A stretch of DNA of 61,927 nucleotides, counting the filler. It is 6 parts of 6 records of this genome, joined end to end, with 100 filler letters (N's around TTAATTAATTAA, not from the genome) between each part and the next. Parts side by side here need not be neighbours in the genome. Positions count along the whole stretch, not along the records: positions 20,737 to 45,410 come from SRR20825010_1775; positions 45,511 to 48,788 come from SRR20825010_1776; 4 more parts are not named here. One strand, given 5' to 3'. This document shows, piece after piece, positions 37,842-46,236 of this stretch; within the stretch, counting starts at the first letter, position 1, and each line of letters opens with the position of its first letter. The notes under the pieces are model-generated. The model was not told the origin of the DNA and did not search any database. It was given only the letters and a program-made list of their open reading frames with translations. A program made the position numbers and the translations under genes.

Positions 37842-37888
37842 GCCGCCGGAATGGATCACAGATGTGAGCCTTTCCGGCGGCGCTTTTT
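37842..37888 (+). terminator. Stem-loop after dctP (partial terminator or mRNA stabiliser)
   Basis: GCCGCCGGAA...TTCCGGCGGC followed by GCTTTTT. Confidence 0.55.
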
Positions 37889-37941
37889 GACATTCGTCAT
37901 GCACTGTGCCGAGCGCGGCACTTTTCGAGCCGGGAATTCAG

Positions 37942-38523
37942 ATGACCTCCATCCATTCGACCGATGCCAAGGCCGGCGCCGACACGGCATCGCCACACAT
38001 GGCGTCACATAGCGGGATCGTCCTGCTGCGGTATTTTTTCCAGAGCCTGGACACGCTTTGTCGCCTCAGCCTTTGGGTTTCCGGAACAGCCATGGTCGTC
38101 TTGACCACTATCTTCGGCTGGCTCGTATTCGGCCGGTATGTGATGAACGCGACCCCCACATGGGTGGAGCAGGTCGCCCTTTTGCTGGTTGCGCTTATCG
38201 GCTTCGTCGGAGCATCGACAGGCGTGCACGAAAGATCGCATCTCGGGGTTTCGTTTTTCCGGGATATCGCGCCTCGTCCGCTGCAGCGGATAATGGATTT
38301 CCTGGTCCATCTGATCATGGCTGTCTTTGGCTCGGTCATGATGGTGCAGACCTATTATCTCGTCCTGTTCAAATGGGACGCACAGATACCTCTCATCAAC
38401 GTTCCCGAAGGTCTTCGCGCGGTGCCGCTCACCTTCTGCGGCGCTGCGTGTCTGATCTATTCGGTGGGGCATTTGATCCGGTTCTTTTTGAGCCGTGAGC
38501 AACCCTCTTCCTCTCTACGCTGA
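37942..38523 (+). CDS. dctQ: TRAP transporter small permease
   Basis: VFGRYVMN..WVEQVA, ERSHLGV; four hydrophobic segments; start uncertain. Confidence 0.9.
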   Translation: MTSIHSTDAKAGADTASPHMASHSGIVLLRYFFQSLDTLCRLSLWVSGTAMVVLTTIFGWLVFGRYVMNATPTWVEQVALLLVALIGFVGASTGVHERSHLGVSFFRDIAPRPLQRIMDFLVHLIMAVFGSVMMVQTYYLVLFKWDAQIPLINVPEGLRAVPLTFCGAACLIYSVGHLIRFFLSREQPSSSLR

Positions 38524-38536
38524 CCGGGATAGTCCA

Positions 38537-39820
38537 ATGGGTCTTCTTATTCTGCTCGGCGTTTTCGCCGTATGCGTCGTCATCGGCGTACCTGTCGCTT
38601 TCGCGTTAGCTGTTGCGGCCGTGACGGCATTCTTCGTTGAGGGGCTGCCGCTTGTCGTTGCCTTCCAGCGCATCATCTCGGGCATCAACGTTTTTTCCCT
38701 GATGGCGATCCCGTTCTTCATATTCGCCGGAGAGCTGATGTTCCATGGCGGCATCGCCATCCGGCTGGTCCGGCTGGCATCCGCGGCTGTCGGCTGGGTA
38801 CGTGGTGGCCTTGGCGTGGTGAATGTTTTCTCCTCCATGCTGTTCGGCGGTATCTCGGGTTCAGCCGTCGCTGATATCTCGGCGCTTGGCTCGATCCTGA
38901 TCCCCGTCATGAAGGAAAAGGGCTACGACGATGATTATGCTGTGAATGTCACCGTGACATCCTCGATCGCGGGTATCCTGGTGCCGCCATCCCACAACAT
39001 GATCCTGTTCGCCATCGCCGCGGGCGGCGGCATTTCAATTTCGCAGCTCTTCCTGGCCGGTGTGATGCCCGGTGTTCTTATGTGTATTTGCCTGGCGGCG
39101 GCGGCCTATATCATTGCTGTCCGCAGAGGATACGGGGTTGAACCGTTTCCAGGATTGTATTCGCTGTTCATCAGTTTCATCGCCGCCCTGCCCGGCCTCT
39201 TCACTGCCGTCATAATCGTGGGCGGCGTGCTGTCGGGTATTTTCACCGTTACCGAGTCAGGGGCATTCGGTACGCTTTATGCCTTCGCCATAACGCTGAT
39301 CGTCTACCGGTCATTAAGCTGGACTGCCTTCAAGACCGCCGTGCTGAACTCTGTCCGCACCACCTCCATGGTGCTGATCCTGGTCGCCTCGGCGACGGCG
39401 TTTGCCTACATGCTGACCTTCTATCAGGTGCCTACCCGGATGATCGAGTTCATGACCGGGCTCACCGAGAACCCGATCGCCATCCTGCTGATGATCAATC
39501 TCATGCTGCTCGTGCTCGGCATGATCATGGACATGGCAGCACTGATCTTGATCTGCACACCGATTTTTTTGCCGGTTGTGATCTCGCTTGGTATGGATCC
39601 GGTGCAGTTCGGCATGATCCTGATGATGAATCTGGGGCTAGGGCTATGCACGCCACCAGTCGGTGCGTGCCTGTTTCTTGGATGTGCGGTCGGAAAAGTC
39701 CCCATCGAACGCGCTGTGCGAACGATCTGGCCATTCTACGCAGCCATTCTCGTCGCGCTGATGCTGACGACCTTTATCCCCGCCATTTCACTAACATTGC
39801 CGCGGCTTATTGAAGGGTAA
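38537..39820 (+). CDS. dctM: TRAP transporter large permease
   Basis: LMAIPFFIFAGELM, FGGISGSAVAD, LVPPS, FTVTES, TPPVG. Confidence 0.95.
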   Translation: MGLLILLGVFAVCVVIGVPVAFALAVAAVTAFFVEGLPLVVAFQRIISGINVFSLMAIPFFIFAGELMFHGGIAIRLVRLASAAVGWVRGGLGVVNVFSSMLFGGISGSAVADISALGSILIPVMKEKGYDDDYAVNVTVTSSIAGILVPPSHNMILFAIAAGGGISISQLFLAGVMPGVLMCICLAAAAYIIAVRRGYGVEPFPGLYSLFISFIAALPGLFTAVIIVGGVLSGIFTVTESGAFGTLYAFAITLIVYRSLSWTAFKTAVLNSVRTTSMVLILVASATAFAYMLTFYQVPTRMIEFMTGLTENPIAILLMINLMLLVLGMIMDMAALILICTPIFLPVVISLGMDPVQFGMILMMNLGLGLCTPPVGACLFLGCAVGKVPIERAVRTIWPFYAAILVALMLTTFIPAISLTLPRLIEG

Positions 39821-39838
39821 GGAGGCTCGGTCAGGCGG

Positions 39839-40744
39839 TCAGGCTCCGCAGGGCGGCGGGGCATAGCCTGTGACCCCGGGCTCGCAGATGAATACGCCGC
39901 CAGCATGCGGCTGGCGGTCCTCGCTGCCGGGGGTGATCAGGGACCGGCCCATGCTGGTGATATAAAGCTGTTCCAGCCGGGGACCGCCGAAAGCGAGACA
40001 AGTCGGCTTCTCGACGGGAACCGGAATGGTCCGGTCAACCGTTCCTTCAGGTGTCAGCCGGAGGATCTGCCAGCCATCGACACCGGCCATCCAGTAGCAG
40101 CCTTCCGCATCCATCGCCGCGCCATCCGGTCGCCCTGCCACGGCGTTCGTATCGAAGAAGATGCGCCGGTTCGATGGCGTTCCGGTTTCGGCATCATAAT
40201 CAAACACCCAGATCGTGCGGATTGGCTTGTAGCTGTCGGAGAGATACATCTGCTTGCCGTCAGGCGAGAAAGCCAGCCCGTTCTGGATATAGAGCCCGTC
40301 CAGAACCGAACGGCAGCTCCCATCGGTATCGAGGCAGAACAGCGTGCCGTCTCCGGCCTCCCCCGCCGCTGCATCGCGCGGGCCGCTTTTCGGCATGGTG
40401 CCGGCCCAGAACCGGCCCGCCGGATCGACAGCACCGTCATTGAAACGATGCGTGATAAGACCGGGCGCCATATCATTGATTATGCTCACAGATCCGTCGT
40501 CTGGATTAAATGCGCACCAGCCTTCTTCAAGGCCGACGATGGCGCCGCCAGAGCGGCGTGGCGCCACGCAACCGATGGCCGACGGCATTGGCCATGTTTC
40601 GTTTTTTCCAGTCCCGGGATGAAATCTGTGCAGAGACGGTGCCGCGATATCAACCCACCAGAGCACACCACCTTCAGAATCCCAGACAACGCCCTCACCG
40701 AGAGTCGCTCCGGCATCGAGGATGCACTCAACCGAGACAGTCAT
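39839..40744 (-). CDS. SMP-30/gluconolactonase family lactonase
   Basis: LGEGVVWD, RFNDGAVDPAGRFWAGTM, NGLAFSPD, PDGAAMDAEG, FGGPRL. Confidence 0.93.
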   Translation of the reverse strand: MTVSVECILDAGATLGEGVVWDSEGGVLWWVDIAAPSLHRFHPGTGKNETWPMPSAIGCVAPRRSGGAIVGLEEGWCAFNPDDGSVSIINDMAPGLITHRFNDGAVDPAGRFWAGTMPKSGPRDAAAGEAGDGTLFCLDTDGSCRSVLDGLYIQNGLAFSPDGKQMYLSDSYKPIRTIWVFDYDAETGTPSNRRIFFDTNAVAGRPDGAAMDAEGCYWMAGVDGWQILRLTPEGTVDRTIPVPVEKPTCLAFGGPRLEQLYITSMGRSLITPGSEDRQPHAGGVFICEPGVTGYAPPPCGA

Positions 40745-40786
40745 TTAGGCCTCCTGTTTTTCCGGCTGGGTCCGGGGCACGACTCT

Positions 40787-41500
40787 TTATGAAGACAGGG
40801 ATTTCCGATAGCGCGTGATGCTGCCACTCAGATGCGCGCGCATGGCCAGGCGGGCACCGTCCGCGTCACCGGCGGAGATGGCATCGGCAATGGCCCGGTG
40901 CTCTTTATTGACCCGTTCCAGATAGTCCCGGTCGATCAGGCGCTCGCGGTCCTGCTCCGTCAGCGTACTGCGCGGAATGGCGCCTTTACCGAGTGAATTC
41001 AGAAACGTGGAGAACAGCTCGTTATTGGTGCCCTGCGCGATGGAGAGATGAAATGCGACGTCGAGAGCGACTGCGGACGCCCCGGTCTCCACGGCACGTT
41101 CAAACTGCTGCAGGTTTTCGCGGATACGGGCATCCTGGGAAAGACTGCGGCGCGTGGCGGCAAGCCCGGCTGCCTCCACCTCGACGGCCATGCGCAATTC
41201 AAGCAGATCAAGCGTGCTGTGCGCATCGCCCCCCGGGAAGGACGACATCCCCTTGTTGCGGGTACCATTCGGGTCGCGGACGAAAATCCCCGCGCCGCGT
41301 CTCGGCTCCACCAGACCATCCGCCTTCAGAACGGCAACAGCCTCGCGGATAACGGTGCGGCTAACACCATATTCCGCTTCCAGCTCCTTCTCCGTCGGCA
41401 ACCGGTCGCCTGTTTTCATAGGCCCGGCAGCAATTTTAGCCCGGAGAGCCGCGGTTGTTTCCTGGGTAAGATTCCGCCCGCCCTGAACCTTCTGAGGCAT
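40787..41500 (-). CDS. FadR/GntR-family transcriptional regulator
   Basis: GDRLPTE, GVSRTVIREA, RRGAGIFV, FCD motifs DVAFH and EHRAI. Confidence 0.93.
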   Translation of the reverse strand: MPQKVQGGRNLTQETTAALRAKIAAGPMKTGDRLPTEKELEAEYGVSRTVIREAVAVLKADGLVEPRRGAGIFVRDPNGTRNKGMSSFPGGDAHSTLDLLELRMAVEVEAAGLAATRRSLSQDARIRENLQQFERAVETGASAVALDVAFHLSIAQGTNNELFSTFLNSLGKGAIPRSTLTEQDRERLIDRDYLERVNKEHRAIADAISAGDADGARLAMRAHLSGSITRYRKSLSS

Positions 41501-41695
41501 TGATATGAGTTCCCGTCGAGGCCGTAAAGTATGACTATAGGTGATTAAATGTAGTATTAATTTTGGTGATTGATCAATTCCAATGTTGGTGCATTAACCC
41601 CATATATCACATAGCAAAACGGCAGCTACGGCCGTTCAGAAAAGATGCCGGGCCAAGGCCTGAGTGGTTTCGGCGATCTGTTTCCGTCTTCTCTG

Positions 41696-41724
41696 TTGCG
41701 GGACGCGGCCGGGTTGCGTATAGA
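41696..41724 (+). promoter_or_regulatory. Putative tRNA-Ser promoter
   Basis: TTGCGG, 17 nt, TATAGA, about 90 nt upstream of the tRNA. Confidence 0.5.
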
Positions 41725-41812
41725 CACTCGGCCTCACTCATTTAGGTGAGGCGGGGTTTGAGATCTGTTGTCCTTTCGTGATGGCTGTGAGGTAATCTCA
41801 AACACTAATTGC

Positions 41813-41902
41813 GGATGGGTGGCCGAGCGGTTGAAGGCACCGGTCTTGAAAACCGGCAGGCGGGAGACCGTCTCGTGGGTTCGAATCCCACCCCATCCGC
41901 CA
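41813..41902 (+). tRNA. tRNA-Ser (anticodon TGA), 90 nt, encoded CCA
   Basis: Acceptor stem GGATGGG/CCCATCC, anticodon arm CCGGT-CTTGAAA-ACCGG, long variable arm, GTTCGAATC T-loop, G discriminator + CCA. Confidence 0.97.
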
Positions 41903-42082
41903 TGCTGCCGCTTCCCCTCCATGGCGCGATGTTGTGCCCGACGGCTACGCAAACGCCGCCGGTATCCGCACGTGCGATATGTGCCGATACCAGCGGCGGC
42001 AGGTCCGCACACAGCGTTTTTACTCTTCCCGCGGCTAGCCCATCTTGCAAAGAACATCAGTTGGAAGACGAGGCCTGAGCTG

Positions 42083-42901
42083 TCAGATTTTGACTTCTGG
42101 CTCGCGCAAATAGGCTGTGTGCAAGAGTTCCACGAACTGCGGAGCGGCTGGGATTGTGGTCTCTGCGATCGAGTTGATCCAGACTCCCGGCGTCCAGGAG
42201 TTCATCACTGCGGCACCAGCGAACCCGCCGATCATATGGGGGGTAACCGCCACCTCCCGTTGTGGCACGCCCAGTTTCTTGAGTTGGCGTTGTAGGACGC
42301 CCATGGTTACGCCGGTGAGTACGTCGGCAGTCGGCCAGATGACAGTTGAGCCATCCCAGTACGCGACGTTCCAGATCGTCGCCTCGCTCAGGCGCCCCTG
42401 CCGATCGAGAAAGATCGCGTCGTCAAAGCCGTGTTTTCTGGCGTCACGCAGGTAGTAAGTTTTTGCGGTCTCGCCGGTGTGCTTGAAGCCGGGCAGAAAA
42501 CGTTCATGCTGGACCATAGCGAGTCTGAGTGGACCTTCCGGTCCGTTAGAGGCAGGACTGGCGCGGATCAAAAGCGAAAGATCATTCTCTTCACTGGACG
42601 AATTGAATTCACCACTCCGCGTGAAGACCGTCGCCGTCAATGACAGCGCATCACCTTCAGCTACCATGATCGCGCTGCGGAGGTGCGATCGCACCCGATC
42701 GTCCGGGATATCCGCATCGAACAGAGCCAGCGATGCACTACGCAGGCGCTCCAGGTGAAGATCCAGGCCTCGGACGCGGCCATTGCGGACCTGCATCGCG
42801 GTGAAGTGGGCAAACCCGGCAAAGGCGAGCGGCGTGAGATCTGCGACGGTCGCCAGTTGGCCGTCAATCTGCACTAAGGTCACTCCATCAGAATCGATCA
42901 T
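42083..42901 (-). CDS. Aminotransferase class IV family protein
   Basis: FAHFTAMQV, GLDLHLERL, PGFKHTG (candidate PLP Lys), GFDDAIF, LSEATIWN, LTGVTM. Confidence 0.88.
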   Translation of the reverse strand: MIDSDGVTLVQIDGQLATVADLTPLAFAGFAHFTAMQVRNGRVRGLDLHLERLRSASLALFDADIPDDRVRSHLRSAIMVAEGDALSLTATVFTRSGEFNSSSEENDLSLLIRASPASNGPEGPLRLAMVQHERFLPGFKHTGETAKTYYLRDARKHGFDDAIFLDRQGRLSEATIWNVAYWDGSTVIWPTADVLTGVTMGVLQRQLKKLGVPQREVAVTPHMIGGFAGAAVMNSWTPGVWINSIAETTIPAAPQFVELLHTAYLREPEVKI

Positions 42902-42939
42902 TCCATTGCTCCAGTGCGTGTTTTCTTAAGGAGCTGAAA

Positions 42940-42971
42940 GGTGTAGAGTCTGACAGCGATGTTAGAGTCAA
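42940..42971 (-). promoter_or_regulatory. MerR-type long-spacer promoter with dyad operator
   Basis: Minus strand TTGACT, 20 nt, TACACC; dyad GAGTCTGACA-GCGA-TGTTAGAGTC (42946-42969, 8 of 10 match). Confidence 0.75.
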
Positions 42972-42981
42972 GAGGCAAACA

Positions 42982-43359
42982 ATGAAGGTCGGTGATCTGG
43001 CACGACGGACTGGCGTGAGCATCAGGATGCTGCGCTACTATGAAACCGAGGGGCTGCTTTCACCGGCGCGCCGGGACAGCGGCTATCGAGATTATGCCCC
43101 AGCGGACGCCGATGTCGTCGAGCGCATCAAACTATTGAAGGCCGCTGGCCTAACGCTTCCGGTGATCCGTGAACTTATGCCCTGCCTGCGCGAAGACCGC
43201 TCTGCCTTCGAACCATGCGATGAGTTGCAAGGGGTTCTCCGCCAGGAGATGGACACCATGAATGCGAAAATCGAACAGTTGGTCCGCAGTCGGGACATGC
43301 TTATGGCATTTTATGAGAACCTCGAAAGGGACCGTAATCATCACCAGATTGCGATCTGA
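42982..43359 (+). CDS. MerR-family transcriptional regulator
   Basis: MKVGDLARRTGVSIRMLRYYE..GLL..SGYRDY; Cys68 and Cys79. Confidence 0.93.
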   Translation: MKVGDLARRTGVSIRMLRYYETEGLLSPARRDSGYRDYAPADADVVERIKLLKAAGLTLPVIRELMPCLREDRSAFEPCDELQGVLRQEMDTMNAKIEQLVRSRDMLMAFYENLERDRNHHQIAI

Positions 43360-43724
43360 GCGCGCGCGTACCGGCCAATGCCCCTTAAAGCGACTGCTCA
43401 CCGCCTGCGTCCGGGCCACTAACCGTTAACATGGGAGTAGCAACTCGAGCGGCAGGGTCGCTGTGGGCTCGATTTCGTGATTAACGACACGTGCCAGTAA
43501 TCGGTGAGCATTGGAAAAAATGCGACGTTAGAGTGCAATAGCGTAGAAATAGTGCTCATCATCGGGCCCGGTCCGCCACACCGCCTCCATTTCCCTTTAA
43601 TTGATTCTCTGAAATGACTGATAGCCCATCAGCAGGCACAGTCATGCTTGAGATGCCAATTCAATCTGGTGCAGGGTGACCGATAGCGCCGGGCCTGATG
43701 GCTCGCATCCTACCGGAGACAATC

Positions 43725-44864
43725 ATGACCCTCACCTGCAAACGGGACCTGTTCGATCTGCCCAGCGGGTTGACATATTTCAACACCGCGAGCCAGTCTC
43801 CCTGCCTCAGCAGCAGTTTTTCGGCTGGTGAACGCGGGCTCAAGCGCAAGCTGCACCCGTGGTCCTCTGATCGTGCAGGACTTCCCGGTGAGATGGAGCG
43901 TTGCCGTGACTTGTTCGGCGGCTTGCTTGGCGCCACGGCGGATGATGTGGCGATCGTTTTTGCGACCAGTTATGGAATTGCCGTGGCCGCAGCCAATCTG
44001 GCTCTGACGCCTGGACAGGATGTCCTCATGCTTGAGGCGCAATTCCCGTCAAATGTTTATGCGTGGCAGAGGCTGGCCGACCAGTCGGGGGGCGGTATCC
44101 GATATGTTCCGCGCGGTACGGATTTCGACTGGACCGGGCCGGTTCTGGAAGCGCTGGATGATGGCGTGGGCATCGTCGCCCTGCCGCACTGCCACTGGTG
44201 TGATGGCGCGCTGGTTGATCTGGAACCGATCGCGGCGGAATGCCTGAGGCGCGGGATACCCCTGGTCGTGGATGCCACCCAGTCGATTGGCGTAAAGCCG
44301 CTGAACCTTGAAACGGTTCCGGCGGACTTCATTGTCGCCTCCGGTTATAAATGGCTGCTCTGCCCCGACATGATGGGGTTCATGTATGTGGCACCGAAGC
44401 ACCAGACGGGCATGCCCCTGGAGCTGAACCACGCCGCACGAATTGATGCACCGTCCATGGAAACCGGCAGCGGCCTCGGTGGCCGTCTGAAGCCGAATGC
44501 CCGGCGCTTCGATATGGGGGCCGCGGACAGCATGGTGCACATGCCCATGTGCGTCACCGCCCTGGAACAGATCGCGGAATGGACGCCCGAGGCGATCCAC
44601 GACTACCTGACAGGGCTTGTGGACGAGATTGCCGGTCGGGCGGAGGAGCGCAAGTTCATTTGCCCGCCGAAAGCACGGCGTATCGGGCATTTCATCGGGC
44701 TTTACCGGGATGAGCCCTGGCCTGCGGACCTCGAAGCACGGCTGGCGGCCCGCAACGTCCATATTGCCTTCCGGAACGGCGCGCTGAGGGTCAGTCCTTA
44801 TCTTTTCAACGACGAAACTGACGTGGACCGCCTGTTCGCAGCGCTCGACGCCGAGCTGGGCTAG
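43725..44864 (+). CDS. Aminotransferase class V-fold PLP enzyme
   Basis: YFNTASQSP, QFPSN, VVDATQSIG, SGYKWLL, LRVSPYLFN; GGAG before ATG 43725. Confidence 0.9.
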   Translation: MTLTCKRDLFDLPSGLTYFNTASQSPCLSSSFSAGERGLKRKLHPWSSDRAGLPGEMERCRDLFGGLLGATADDVAIVFATSYGIAVAAANLALTPGQDVLMLEAQFPSNVYAWQRLADQSGGGIRYVPRGTDFDWTGPVLEALDDGVGIVALPHCHWCDGALVDLEPIAAECLRRGIPLVVDATQSIGVKPLNLETVPADFIVASGYKWLLCPDMMGFMYVAPKHQTGMPLELNHAARIDAPSMETGSGLGGRLKPNARRFDMGAADSMVHMPMCVTALEQIAEWTPEAIHDYLTGLVDEIAGRAEERKFICPPKARRIGHFIGLYRDEPWPADLEARLAARNVHIAFRNGALRVSPYLFNDETDVDRLFAALDAELG

Positions 44865-45410
44865 GCCCGGCGGAAATCGACCTGATGGCTCTCGCCGCCA
44901 ATGTTCACCGTACTCATCTGCGGCGGAGCTTCAGCAATCACCTGACCGCGTCGGATAACAAAAAGCCGGTTCGGCTTCAGACGTATGGCTTCCATTGCGT
45001 CGCCCGCCTGCAGGATCACCAGATCAGCGTTTGAGCCTTTTGCAATGCCATAGCCTTCCAGCCCCATTGCCTTCGCGGAGTTTTCCGTGACGGCGGCCAA
45101 CATGGCCTTCATCTCATCAACGCCGGTCATCTGGCCTACATGCACAGCCATATGCGCGACTTCCAGCATGTCGTGGCTGCCGAGGCTATACCAGGGATCC
45201 ATCACACAATCATGGCCGAGCGCCACATTGATCCCGGCTGCGGTCATTTCCTTCACCCGGGTCATCCCCCGGCGCTTGGGATAGCTGTCATGCCGGCCCT
45301 GCAGGGTGATGTTGATCAGCGGGTTTGGGATGGCGTGCATCCGGCTTTCAGCCATCAGCGGCAGCAGCTTGGAGACGTAGTAATTATCCATCGAATGCAT
45401 CGATGTCAGG
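44861..45410 (-). CDS. codA: Cytosine deaminase-like amidohydrolase (5' truncated)
   Basis: LTSMHS, NPLINITLQGRHDSYPKRRGMTRVKE, GHDCVMDPWYSLG. Confidence 0.9.
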
Positions 45411-45510
45411 NNNNNNNNNNNNNNNNNNNNNNNNNNNNNNNNNNNNNNNNNNNNTTAATTAATTAANNNNNNNNNNNNNNNNNNNNNNNNNNNNNNNNNN
45501 NNNNNNNNNN
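45411..45510. other. Artificial contig spacer
   Basis: 44 N + TTAATTAATTAA + 44 N. Confidence 0.98.
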
Positions 45511-46084
45511 GCGTCGGTTCTGTCCACTCCAGCACCCGCAATTGATCCGCGCAGGGCTCAAATTGCCGGATCAGCCGCCAGGTCACGGCATCAAGCGCGG
45601 CGATATCTGCGCGGCCTTCGGCCACGGCCCTGGCGGAATGCACATGCCCATGGCTCTGGCTGCGATCCCCGAACCAGAACCCCGCCGCGCGGGCAGCGGC
45701 ATGTATCGCTGCAAAGCCGGATTGCGACAGGGTCTCGTTGTAGGTGAACCTTGCGGCTGCAAAATCGGCCAGCGTGGCGCGGTCGTCCTCCGCCCGCACC
45801 ACAATGGCGCTGCGGTAATATCCCGGCGGGCAGCCCTCGACGCCGAAATCCGGCGTGCCGACCAGGGTCACCTTGTCATGCAGCCGCGTTCGAAAGGGCA
45901 TGCCGCAGGTCTGGCTCAGCACCAGCGCGGGGTCGGTCCAGACCGCAAATGACTCGGTTGTGTTGGACAGGGTGACCGGTGCCGCGATCCCACGCGCGGC
46001 CAGGGCCTTGCGGATCAGCGCCCAGTACCGCCCCAGCGCGGCATCGGTTTCGGGTCTGGCATACATCATCAGGCTGGCGATCAT
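45511..46084 (-). CDS. PhnD/SsuA-like substrate-binding-fold protein without signal peptide (3' truncated)
   Basis: MIASLMMY, LSQTCGMPF, GYYRSAIVVR, SQSG, GHVHSARAVAEGRADIAALDAVTW. Confidence 0.8.
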
Positions 46085-46236
46085 GGCCGCAGGATAGAGC
46101 CGTCGCTGCCCCGGCAACAGCCCAATTCTGACCATTCACGCCGATCCCGCGACCCCCTGGCAAAAAGCGGTGACACCCGCCGGGTCAGCCGCTATGCTGA
46201 CCGCAAACGCCAGCAGAGCGTCAAGGGCAGCAAAAC

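Noticed and set aside
41734..42295. ORFs overlapping tRNA-Ser
   Set aside because: Translations of the tRNA and its flanks, with no protein-like features.
41903..45410. Integrative element at the tRNA-Ser 3' end
   Set aside because: No integrase, and no duplicate of the tRNA 3' end beyond a 7-nt TCCGCCA near 43572, which is chance level.
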